From Paraspadella gotoi (Eukaryota; Animalia; Chaetognatha): DNA of 64,000 nt. The notes beneath the pieces were generated by a model that made no database searches, was not told the origin of the DNA, and was given only the letters and a program-made list of their open reading frames with translations. Each line of letters starts with the position of its first letter. The stretch's first letter is position 1. Where the stretch lies: contig JBJCIZ010000239.1 of the NCBI GenBank assembly GCA_051294375.1, forward strand, positions 1,018,831-1,082,830, written 5' to 3'. The translations under genes were made by a program, and so were the position numbers. Shown in pieces: positions 1-12,334 of this stretch.

Positions 1-3000
1 TCATATCACTCCTCCTCTCATTCTTCTCACTCGTATCTTGTTTCTTTCGTCTGTCTGAACTGAATAAAATGTTAAGTCCGTGTTGTATGGAAGTCGCTCG
101 GGATTTGTAGCTGACATGAAAGAGAAGAAGTTTTAAAGTCACACAAATGGAAAGTAAAATTAGCAAAAAAAAAAAAAAAAAAAAAAAAAGTCGAAACTTG
201 AAACGTGCCAAAGAAAAATTGGATGAAAATCGTTTTTTTTTTTTTAAAATTCCGGTAAAACTCCCTGCGTTGGGAAAGGAGGGGGAGAAAGAGGAACGCA
301 AGAGGGAAGAAAAGTACTTTACAGGTATGACGTGTGGACGAACAAGGTTTTAGATAGGTAGGAAAGGGAGACGATTGTTAAGAGGATGGTAAAGGAGTGA
401 TTTAGTCGAAAAGAAAGGAAGAGGTCGAAGAGATGATCAATGACAAAAGAGAGGGAGAAAAAGAAGAAAAGGTAAAAAGGAGAAGTGTTAACGAAAGAGG
501 CGTAAAGGGAAGCCAGAGAACCCAGGAAAAGACGAGAGATTGTTAAGAAGGGTACGACAAAGAAAATAGAGAGAGAGCACTAGTACAGAAGTTGTAAAAA
601 GTAAGATTTACCCTCTAAAAACAAAGAAGAGTTATAAAGACCAAAGGAATTTCCCAGCCACACGAGAGTGGGAAAGTATAACAGTTTAGGCGCGATCAGC
701 GTAGTTTTAATTGTATGTTTGTTTTGTTTTAATTTGTGTACTCTTAATGGAATCAATCATTTAAAAATGGACCAAAAATAAAGTAAAAAATAGCGTGACG
801 ACAGTTCATCGCTCAGATTAATAGATATGGATGGAGAGTTGCCTCGCTTACTTTGCTTTTTCTAGTTGCGAGCTCGCGGATGTAAACGAGTCGTCCGCGG
901 TAGGAACTCAAGTGATACACTTTCGATATCGTGGTCTCTGTCGGTTCTGTACCCTTACTTAGGTTAAAGAAGCCCATAACTCGCTATTGTTTTGCTTCAT
1001 TATTGTTATGACAGAAAAAACCCTCAAATCTAAGTGTCTGCTAGCGCCGCCTTCAGGATAATTTATAAGAGGACTAATAAGAATAAAAGATCTAGATATT
1101 AAGAGAATTCAACTGTCGGCTGTCAACTACACACTCTGAGAGACGTTCACTGGTATTTGCTTCTCTCTTCTTTTCTTTCTTCTTTTTTCGTTCTTTATCA
1201 TTCTTTCTATTCTTTCTTTCTTACTTTATTTCATTTCGCTGTATTCTTTTTTCATTTGTTTTTGTTCACAACTCTCTCTCTCTTCTCTCCATTCTCGATC
1301 GTCGATCGGTCTTACTGAAAATTGGCTCACTACGTCTCTTCACAATCTCTCATTCGCATCAATCTTCTGCACACATTATGTCAATACGTATTCACAGAGA
1401 AGGATTTCTTAATTGTCATCCATGCATGCCGAATATTTCCCCGAGGAAGAAGACATATGAACTTAATGAATCTATAATTCAGAGAATCTTAATGAATCTT
1501 AATTCAGAAGCTCTTATATCAACTATTCGAGAGAAATAAAAAGAAGCAGAGAAAAGAAGAGAATAAAAAAGAAATAGAGAGCAGAGGAATGGATAGAGAG
1601 TAAATGAGAGAGGATAGAATAGAATAGAGAGGGAGCGAGGATGGAGAAGAAGTAGTGAAGTAAAGAATATATAGGCCATCAACACACGAAAAAGAAGAAC
1701 AAACAAACAAACACTTGTAAAAATTATGAAAGGTTATAGATCGACGATTTCTCATTTCTGAATAACATACGAGTTAATGAAAAAGAGCCAGCTTAAATCA
1801 AAAGCGGATACAAGGAGAACAAAAAATAAGCGAAATAGAAAACAAGGTATACGAACGAAGAAACGACGTAAAGATTATATATTTTAGTAATTATATAAAT
1901 GAAAGCAACGAATAATCTCTCGAATATGAGGTTCGAATGAACAAGTTAGACAATTATATACTGATATGCAATGAAAGAAATGAGAAAAAACGTATGATGA
2001 TCGATTATCTTATTGAACCAGTAAAAATAAATGTTTTGAGAAGAACATTATTTTCACATGAAAGAATATAGTTATCTAGTCGAGTAATTTAGTTATTATT
2101 ATTTAATATGTAATACAGTTTTTAACAAAATAGAGAGATATCAGTTTCTAATAACAGATAAAGTGCACACAGAGTGTCGTTTCAAAAACCAGAAACATAT
2201 ATAGTTCTACTTCGTTATTTTTAACTTTGAATCCGAGTTTTAAAACACATGAAAATCTTCAAATGTGTCCACTAGCCAACTCAACAGTTCTAATAAAACA
2301 TGCGAACGCTAGAGATATGAGGAAAACACCGACCATCATAATGTTCATAAAGGAAAAAGACAGCGTCATACACCTATTCATGCAGCATAGAAAAAAAACA
2401 TCGGAGCAGAAAAATGACAGCGTCGGATGCGTAACATCTAGCAATACATGAACATACACCAAAGAGCGCGTTATCGTTTGGAGCCCCGCAGCACAGCAGC
2501 AGAGAGAGAGAGAGGAGAGAGACGGAAGAAGAGCAGACTAGAGAGAGAGAGAAGAGAGGAGAGAGAGAGAGAGAGAGAGAAGGAGCAGCAGAGTGATCCT
2601 AGTGGACGCATAGAACGATGAGGAAGAGTTTCTCCGGGTGTTTTTTCTCGCGTCTCGAAAAGGCGAATAAACTCGACCCGGAGAATAACCGATGTCTTCT
2701 GGGGCGACTCTTTTTCATATGTGCTCATTTTGTTGGCGTGCGCGCTGCGATCCTGCAACGTTGCCCGTGCGGGTTAGAGTGCCAGACTGGCTCGTGCGAA
2801 GTGTGCAGGCGGATGTAACGCTTGTTTGCTGTGGAACCCTCGAGCACATCGCAGGAGTTTCGAGCTAAAGGAGGCCGCGATGCGACTCCAAATGTGTAGT
2901 ACAGCAGCGCCGGTATCGTGCGGATCACGTGCGGTAACCCGCGGACTTGCGGCGAATCCGGCGTCGGGCAGCGGGTCGGCAAACTGAGGCGTTGTCTGCA

Positions 3001-3225
3001 GCCGGCTGGGGAGACGTGCAGCTGCGGCGGAAGCGGCTGCGGCGCGCGCTAAACGTGTGTATGGTTCGGAATCCCAAACACGATATCCGCCTTTGTGTCC
3101 CTTTTTTTTTTATTGTTTTTTTGTTTTTGTTGCATCAAGATAACCCCATGCTGAAGGAGAGAGAGGCGACAGGCAAGGGAGTCCGAAGGGTCGGGGCGTG
3201 TGATTTTGACGGAAAAGTTTCTTTG

Positions 3226-3422
3226 GCGGGCATTCTGTGCGGGCATTTCTGTGCGGTGGCAATTCTGTGCGGCAATTCCTAGTGCGGGTCCAGGAGCGAA
3301 GGGCAATATCTGCTGTGGCGGCTGCCGACGTCTGCCACGGCAATTCTGTGCGGGCAATCTGATGCCTGGCAATTCTGTGCGGCCAGAGAGGAAGCAAATC
3401 CCTCAGGCGAGGCACAATTCTT
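3226..3422. repeat. Degenerate minisatellite, about 14-bp unit GCGGGCAATTCTGT
   Basis: ggcgggcattctgt-gcgggcatttctgt-gcggtggcaattctgt-gcggcaattcc, with further ggcaattctgtgcgg copies up to about 3380 and a last remnant near 3420. Confidence 0.75.
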
Positions 3423-6400
3423 GAGGCGACTGTCCTTGATAAACCGAGTATTGAAAAGATCAGAGTAACGAGGTTTGGTGATGGTGAAGTATAGAGAGTG
3501 AAAGATTCGAGAAAATGAAGGACTATTGTATATAGTTTTAGTAATTTTATAATTATGAGTTATAACGTAAGATATATACTACATAAAACGGGATAAATAT
3601 TTATTAGGGAGGCTTTCCAAATCCAACGTAAATAGTTTGTTAAATTTAGTGAGGAAATATAGTTGAATATTATAAAAGGTTTAGTAATCTAGCTTGAATA
3701 GGTAAATTGCAACTAGGATATTTTGTTGAATTGTGTCGTCAAGCACTTTTAGCAGAATGATGATGTCCGTAGATATGGTACGCGAGGGGAGTACGTAGAT
3801 GTAGTGCGATTAGTGTGTGGAGTTGAGAGCACGAAACAGGTAGGGGAGATGAATCTGGTCGAACGTTAAATGGACACAGAGTAAACACACATTTTCAAGG
3901 GAAAGTAAGCGAGATATACAATGCAGAAAATAGGGAAAAGACGACCAAAGGTAAGAAGGAAAAAATAGTTTCAGAGAAAGGGAGAGAATGAAGGAAAGAG
4001 AAAGTCACTAATAGACAGATGACGAACCACAACATATCAGAATTTCTGGAAATATTTGAATCCAGTCTCATGGTGCAATATAACATATCAGAGCATTTGT
4101 TGATCCATTTACACCTATTATTGTCCATACATATATGAGATGTCAAAGTATCCGTTGACAGAGACGCGGGCTCGGAGTATTGTCACATTATCACGTTGGC
4201 TCTTGTTCGTCATGCGCTTCGTCGTCGTCTTTGGCGTTATATATAACTAGTTGGTCGACCCATTGGATGTCAGATCACATTGACATAAAATAATTGTCAC
4301 CATACGTCCGTTGTCCTTACCTCCTCCTTTCTCCCTCACTCTTCACCTTCCTCTGTCCTCCTCACTCTTCCTTCTCGAGCTCTTGACCCGACGCAGAGCG
4401 CAGTTTGATGTGCTCTGGAATTCCACAAGGAGACGAAGCGAGACCGAAGGTTCTCTATCGAAGTGCGAACGCATTTCTGATTCTTTAAATCAATATTCCA
4501 TAACAGGCTAAGGTATCTGATTCTTAACTAATGATTTGATTCTCTTAATATTGTTGTCAAACCGGACTCGATAACTTTTAAGACACCTAATCGCATAAGT
4601 TGTAACGAACCAACGACACGCAGACGTATATTCCATTAAATGTCTTGAACCATAAAAAACCCAATTCCGACGACATAGACTTAGTACGGGAGAGTAAATA
4701 ACGAACGAACGATGAACGGTAAACAGGATGCACACGAAGAGACAAGAACCGACAAGATCGAGAGAGACGTCCGGCGAAGTGGTAAAATAGGAACTAAATT
4801 AGAGGGTGCGAAGATGGCGGCTTCTCGATTCTTCGAAACCGAAAGATTACTCTTGAGGAAGGCACAATGATATAATATAAAATAATTTGAAGAATATCTC
4901 TCTTCTCTCTGAGTATCTCATCTTAATCTAAGTCTATCTGAAAAAAAGAATCTATCAAGCGCAAAAAAATAAATATAACATAAAAAAAAAAAAAAAAAGC
5001 TTATACAAATCAAACGAAGATTGGAGATAATCGAAAAAAAAACGAGGTAAGATATATACTTTATGGCTTCACTAGTGAGAACGATCATCTATTTTTACTG
5101 AAGTGCTTGGCTTTTTTCTTATAAATCTCATCGTTGGAATGAAGACACAAAAGCAAATTGAAAGAAGAGAGTCGAACAGCTAGATAAGAATAACCTCATT
5201 TCATGCTAAAACGTTCTAAACCTATGGAACATGCGTTAATATAAACCTATCTAATCTCATTGAACTGCTTCCTTTCCTCTTCTCTTTCTTCTCTCTCATA
5301 TTAACAGATAACATAGAGAAACAAATAAGAAATAAAAGCAAAATACTAAAGAAAGAATAGAAAACGAATAAGTAGTTCACCAAATAGTACGTAAAAAGGT
5401 ACGTCTTATACTCTCCACCTCTCTCTCTTTCCTTCCCTTCTCTCCTCTCCCTAAATATGACACATACAACTGTCTCCGCCTTCTTGCTTTCTTTGACTAA
5501 ACGTTCAAATCATTAACTCTCCGAGTTTTAATCTACCAGTGGTCCAGTCCTTCCAGCCGAATAATCCGTGAAAACATCCTAATAATGTGCCACTAGCGTC
5601 TGCTTTTTCATCGCATTTTTTATCGCCTCCTTCCTTGCCACATATTTCTGTCCACGATTACTACTCTCTTTCCTCTACCTTTTTAGTACGATCAACTTCT
5701 CGTCTCTCCTCTCTCTCCTCTCTATCTCTTCTCTCTTGCCCTCTGCTCTCTTCCTCATCTCCTCTCTCTCTCTCTCTCCCATCACTTTCTCTTTTATCAC
5801 TCCTTCCACTCCCGCTCTTCTCCTCTATCTCTATGTCGGCTCGCTTTAATTCTATTTTACGCACTCAGTTTGAACATCAGTTTAGATAGATTAGTTAGAT
5901 TCTTTTTTCTTGACTGATTCTTCTTCTTCTTCTCCGTTTTCTCCTTCTCCGCCTCCCTCTCCCCTTCTCATCTCTCTCTCTCTTCTCCTCCCCCTCTCTT
6001 CTCTCTTCCGTCCTCATCTCTCATCACTTCCTCTCTCTCTCTCCCTCTCCTCATCTCTCTCCTCCGCTCCATCAGCCCCGCGCGTGTTCAGTCCTCTCGA
6101 CGGCGAAAAGATTTCAAACGACGGCACGGGGGCGAAAATCAACCAGGAAAGTGCGCCAGAAGGATCTATTCATTTGTGGCTGCGATGAAAAGAAAGGTTT
6201 CGGAGAGGAAGGGATAAGATTAGTTAGAAAGATAGTAATAAGAAGATGTAATTCACAATGATCTTTTTTTAAATGCCCCCTGAATCTAAGTAACAAATGA
6301 TAAAAAAAAAAAAAACTCTTCACTAGACTAATGAATGTCTCATCATAGAATTACAATAAATAGAAAAATAACACTCAATCCTATCTCCACTTCGCAATTC

Positions 6401-6857
6401 TAATAATTTAAATAATCACTACAACTCACACATAGGACAGATGATTCATATTTTCTCGCGTTCTCTTCTCCCGCGAGTAAAATCACGACAATTTATCATG
6501 AAACTCATAAAAGTCAGTTTTCGGTTCGGGGTTTCGGTCGGTCGGTCTGTCTGTATGTCTTGTTCCGTGGGTGTCTGTCTCAACCTTAAGAAGTTAAAAA
6601 AAATTTCATCACAGATAATTCCATGGGCTCGAGGGATAGTTTTTTTTTATGCTCATTTGTGAAAGACAGACATAATAAAACCTCGATCTAAGTGACTGGC
6701 TTGCGGCGGCGGCCGNNNNNNNNNNNNNNNNNNNNNNNNNACGAGAATAACAGAGATAAATTAGTGATGGATTCAAGAGACAGATGCGAATGGATTCGTG
6801 GATGACAATTGACCAGATGCAGGAAGCCTTTCGGTGGATGCGAGTTATTTACTGGGC

Positions 6858-6880
6858 GACGATGACGACGATATGAAGAA

Positions 6881-6939
<59 letters not shown>

Positions 6940-6940
6940 C
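6858..6940. repeat. (GAC)n microsatellite
   Basis: Long perfect GACGACGAC tract. Similar (GAC)/(GTC) tracts occur at about 7335-7360, 7690-7755, 11273-11305, 12280-12355, 12645-12745 and 53040-53063. Confidence 0.95.
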
Positions 6941-8070
6941 GCTCACGATACCGATGACTTTTTTCGCGCTTCGTTTGGTGAATCGGAAACGAAAAGAGGA
7001 AAAAGAAAAATAATTAAAAAAAAAAAAATTGAGGAAAATTGAAAATCCTTTTCGTCGTCGTTTTCGTCGTCGTTTTCGTCGTCGTTTTCGTCGTCATCTT
7101 TTTCCTCGTTAGATTGGAAATTGTTGATGATTTGAACAATATTGCACCTGGTTTTAACTTTTAAGTATAACGATGTATGTGTACTTATAAAAATGGCTCT
7201 GTATTTGATGACACAGTAGGTATTTAAAAAGACCGACATATTTAAAAGACGGACCGACAGTAAATAGACTCGGTAGAATTGCTTCGCGAGTACTAGCGCC
7301 GGAAAATAGCGAGTAACGTTATCTGAATCAGCGATGTCGTCGTCGTCGTCGTCGTCGTCGTTTTCTTCGATTCTAAGTCTCAATGAATAACTTCTTCCTG
7401 GGAGAAGAAAAAGAGAGAGAGAGAGAAGGGNNNNNNNNNNNNNNNNNNNNNNNNNNNNNNNNNNNNNNNNNNNNNNNNNNNNNNNNNNNNNNNNNNNNNN
7501 NNNNNNNNNNNNNNNNNNNNNNNNNNNNNNNNNNNNNNNNNNNNNNNNNNNNNNNNNNNNNNNNNNNNNNNNNNNNNNNNNNAGAATCACCTCGACCGAC
7601 TTCGTTATGAAGATAACGCGCAGAAGAACAATGAGTTTCAGCGACTAAAGGAAATTTGGTGCCATTTTCGTTGCCGTCGAGAGAATGGGATGACGACGAC
7701 GACAATAACGACGACAACGACAAAGACGACGACGACAACGAAGACGACGACGAAAATGNNNNNNNNNNNNNNNNNNNNNNNNNNNNNNNNNNNNNNNNNN
7801 NNNNNNNNNNNNNNNNNNNNNNNNNNNNNNNNNNNNNNNNNNNNNNNNNNNNNNNNNNNNNNNNNNNNNNNNNNNNNNNNNNNNNNNNNNNNNNNNNNNN
7901 NNNNNNNNNNNNNNNNNNNNNNNNNNNNNNNNNNNNNNNNNNNNNNNNNNNNNNNNNNNNNNNNNNNNNNNNNNAACACGACAACGACGACGACGACGAC
8001 GACGACGCTGGATTTTACGAGGAACATTTCCTCTTCTAACCCGAACTCTGTCGACCACGCCCATCTCGTT

Positions 8071-8179
<109 letters not shown>

Positions 8180-8477
8180 GTTCACTCACGCAACACGCTA
8201 CATTTGTATTCAATTTTTTTTTTAATGAAAAAATGAGAACTTCTAAGCGCTGAGCAAGAAATAATCCCTGGGCTTTACTTTACTTATAAAGTAATCATCC
8301 CAATCAAATAGAGTTTCCTCAAGATATTTATAATCAAATATGAATGTCATTTAATGATTAGTCTAGTTTCATTACCATTTTTTCATATTCTCAATTCTCA
8401 ACTTTTCCATCGGATACGTCCTCAACTTGGGTTCTCATCTTTGTCAGCATCTTTGTCAGCATCGAGACCAAAAAAAC

Positions 8478-8894
8478 CTAATGTATCCCCTCTTTGTCAG
8501 CGTTTGACACAAACTCGTATATGATCCAGACGACGAGAAAAAGTCCGGAAAAAATGATCCCGAGGAGCGAGGTCACGAACAACGTCAGTTGACATTTCGT
8601 CGTGACGAGCGTCAACACGAGCGACGCCACGCCGCAGCCCGAGGCGCCGGCCCAAAAGAAGGCGTGCCAGGCGAGGTGGTAGTAGAATCCGCGAAAGGCG
8701 CCCCAAGCGGCGAAAATGACGAAAACGACGGCGCCGAGAGCGAAAGACGTCAGGGCCAACTTCCGGTTGCATTTATCGGCGACCGGGCTGCCGCCGCCGT
8801 CGTCGCAGTCGCCGCAGAGGTCGCTCTTGGCGTTGGGGTTGGCGTCGGCGTCGCAGTCTTTGGCGCCGGGATCCACGACGTCAGTTTGTGACAT
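8478..8894 (-). CDS. Intronless membrane protein (138 aa as assembled; about 157 aa if a 1-nt homopolymer error near 8487-8490 is corrected), CD20/MS4A-like topology
   Basis: Clean GC-rich ORF in AT-rich flanks. It has an acidic Cys-containing N-terminus, then three hydrophobic segments (LALTSFALGAVVFVIFAAWG; AFFWAGASGCGVASLVLTLV; LTLFVTSLLGIIFSGLFLVVWII). FWAG at the start of TM2 and KC before TM3 resemble the CD20-like family. The family call is inference from motif recognition. Confidence 0.72.
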   Translation of the reverse strand: MSQTDVVDPGAKDCDADANPNAKSDLCGDCDDGGGSPVADKCNRKLALTSFALGAVVFVIFAAWGAFRGFYYHLAWHAFFWAGASGCGVASLVLTLVTTKCQLTLFVTSLLGIIFSGLFLVVWIIYEFVSNADKEGIH

Positions 8895-9301
8895 TTAAGA
8901 TGATGAACGAAAGAGCAATATGAATTTAAAAAAAAAAAAGATATTTAAAGAAAAGAAAATTACTACGAAAAGAATTGTAAAAAGAAATTTAACTATCTAA
9001 ACGATACGTTTAAGTTTTAGGGAGTTTTCTTTTTTTTTTTTTNNNNNNNNNNNNNNNNNNNNNNNNNNNNNNNNNNNNNNNNNNNNNNNNNNNNNNNNNN
9101 NNNNNNNNNNNNNNNNNNNNNNNNNNNNNNNNNNNNNNNNNNNNNNNNNNNNNNNNNNNNNNNNNNNNNNNNNNNNNNNNNNNNNNNNNNNNNNNNNNNN
9201 NNNNNNNNNNNNNNNNNNNNNNNNNNNNNNNNNNNNNNNNNNNNNNNNNNNNNNNNNNNATTATGAAAAAGTAATTCAAAGCAGGTTTCAAATGCAAGAA
9301 A

Positions 9302-9362
<61 letters not shown>

Positions 9363-10327
9363 GTTTGATTGTCGTTACCGCCCTAACATCACGAACTGGT
9401 TTTGCAGCCGGCATCTCGCCAACAAATTAAAAAAACCAACAAAAACCGAGACTGAGCAAAAAAAAAAAAAAAAAAAAATTCACTTTTTTTTGACGAAAAA
9501 ACTTTTTTCGGTTGAAAAAGATTTTTTTTTCTCTGGAGTAAAAAATCATTGAAAAACAGATTTCCATATTTTTGGTTTAAACTCCCCGGAGAGAAATGAA
9601 GCAAAAGAGAGAAAAGGAAAGAAAGGGAGGTAATAAAAAGGGAGGAAAGAAAAAAGAAAGAAAAGAGGAAAATTGGAGACAAGAATTTGTTGTAGTTTAG
9701 AGAAAAGAAAGAAATGTGAATTAAAGGAAAAAAATGGAAAGAAAGAAAGAAAGAAAGAAAGAAAGAAAAATGAAAGAAAGAAAGAAAGAAAGAAAGAAAG
9801 AAAAAAAGAAAGAAAGAAAGAAAGAAAGAAATAAAGAAAGAGACAAAGAAAGAAAGATAAAAATCCCCCACAAAACAAAAGAACCGGATTTTCATCAAAG
9901 AAGAAACGGTTGTCGTTGTTGTTGTTGTCGTCGCCGCACCGCCTCCTTGATGAATCCAGGGGAAAAGATTGTAAAGCGATAAAGGGAGCGATCAAAAAGC
10001 GAAATAAAGCGAAAGAAAAGCGAAATAAAGCTATTTCTCCCCCCCCTCCGCCCCTGCGACTCGTCCCGGCTTAACTGCTCCGTCCCTTCGGCCTCTGGGG
10101 TTCGCATCTTCGGTTCCCTTGATGGTCATCACTGAGAAAGGGGTAGGGGAGGAGGAGAGGAGGAGGGGGAGGAGGAGGAGGAGGAGGAGGAGGAGGAGGA
10201 AGAGGAAAAAGAGGAGGGATGAGGAGAGGGAAGAGGAGGACAAAGACACCGACAACGAGGCTTCTAATGATGACAAATACGGAACGTGACGCTTATTACG
10301 GTAACTGACGACCTGGCTGCGATCTTA

Positions 10328-10560
10328 TGACAAAATCAGATGATGAGACAATATTAGTAAGACGTCTTAGTCAGATGACAAAAGAAAACAACCACAACAA
10401 AATCAGACGATAAAACAAGACAACAACGACCAAAAAAATAAGATGACAAAACAAGACAACAAAAACAAAAAAATAACATGACAAAAACAAGATAACAACG
10501 ACAACAAAATAAGATGACAAAACAAAACAACAACGACCCCAAAATAAGATGACAAAACAA
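10328..10560. repeat. About 35-bp minisatellite (AAAATAAGATGACAAAACAAGACAACAACGACC-like)
   Basis: Roughly 5-6 diverged tandem units; homologous array at about 26671-26970 in copy B. Confidence 0.8.
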
Positions 10561-11272
10561 GGTACTGACATAATCAACAATCACAACAACAAAGAAGACA
10601 ACAACGACAAAGATGGCGGAAAATCTGGGACACGTGATTCTTTACGCAAACTCGATTCGTTGGATGAAGAAAAGCTTAATAGACTGAATATACGACTTCA
10701 TTAATTGCAAAATTTCTTTGCTCATTGAGTAATAATAATAATAATAATAATAACAATATATTATATATACTGTGGGTAATGAGTAATGAGTATCATCTTC
10801 GCTTCATTGTACGAAGTCACTTGACCCTTTTTGTCTTTCTATCTTTATTTCTGTTTTTTTTTTCTATTTGGATTTCTGTCTGTCTGTGTTTCACTTTGTA
10901 GTCTGTCTTGCCTTCTAATTGACTGTCTATAAATTTATATATAAATTTATATTTATCTTTTAACTAAATATTCTTCTCTTTTCTCTCTCTATCAACTTTC
11001 ATATCCGCTTCCGCCAAGAAGCGAAAGTTCAGAAAAAAAAAAACTTTATGCAAAGACTTCGANNNNNNNNNNNNNNNNNNNNNNNNNNNNNNNNNNNNNN
11101 NNNNNNNNNNNNNNNNNNNNNNNNNNNNNNNNNNNNNNNNNNNNNNNNNNNNNNNNNNNNNNNNNNNNNNNNNNNNNNNNNNNNNNNNNNNNNNNNNNNN
11201 NNNNNNNNNNNNNNNNNNNNNNNNNNNNNNNNNNNNNNNNNNNNNNNNNNNNNNNNNNNNNNNNNNNNNNNN

Positions 11273-11306
<34 letters not shown>

Positions 11307-12297
11307 TTCTCTGTTTCCTCCAGGGGATCTTTGATCACGTGACCTTTTGGATCTTCTGCCGGAAATTTTTTTTTTTTTAACCAATGTGGCGACGACGACG
11401 ACAAAGAACATAGAATTTCTAACAATGATGTCTTCATTTCTCTATTAAATTATAAAAATTAAACAACAAGAAGAAAATAACTGACTATTGATTATTAAAG
11501 CAAGATTTTAAATCTTTCAGTACAGTTGCAACTTGTAAGCTTGATATTAAAATACGAACGATTACAATTAAATACAATACTGATACATGACGTGATGTCG
11601 AACAAGAGCGACTACAACGACCACGACGACGACAACAACAACTTTCAAAAACGTTCGTTTCCTCCCAAAACATTTTGTCTCGAATTTTCCCCAGACGTCG
11701 TCGTCGTCGTTGTCTTCATCGTCGTGGTCGTCGTCATCGTCATCGTCGTCGTCTACATCGTCGTCGTCGTCGTCGGAGACGAGACCCGCGACGTCATGCA
11801 TATTCAATCATTCCCTTTGTCGCGTCGTGTTTCACGTTCTTTGTCGTTGTCGTTGTTGTAGTCTTCGTCTTCGTCGTNNNNNNNNNNNNNNNNNNNNNNN
11901 NNNNNNNNNNNNNNNNNNNNNNNNNNNNNNNNNNNNNNNNNNNNNNNNNNNNNNNNNNNNNNNNNNNNNNNNNNNNNNNNNNNNNNNNNNNNNNNNNNNN
12001 NNNNNNNNNNNNNNNNNNNNNNNNNNNNNNNNNNNNNNNNNNNNNNNNNNNNNNNNNNNNNNNNNNNNNNNNNNNNNNNNNNNNNNNNNNNNNNNNNNNN
12101 NNNNNNNNNNNNNNNNNNNNNNNNNNNNNNNNNNNNNNNNNNNNNNNNNNNNNNNNNNNNNNNNNNNNNNNNNNNNNNNNNTCTCTCTCTCTCTCTGCAC
12201 CCAGAGAGGAATTCCCTAATTTTTTCTCCTTCGTCAAATTCGAGCAAAAAAACCCGAAGTAAAGAATTTGTTAAATGAGACGATGACGACGACAAAA

Positions 12298-12334
<37 letters not shown>

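Noticed and set aside
8497-8898. Overlapping alternative ORFs (8497-8772 -, 8589-8891 +, 8716-8898 +)
   Set aside because: Shadow frames of the GC-rich membrane-protein CDS.
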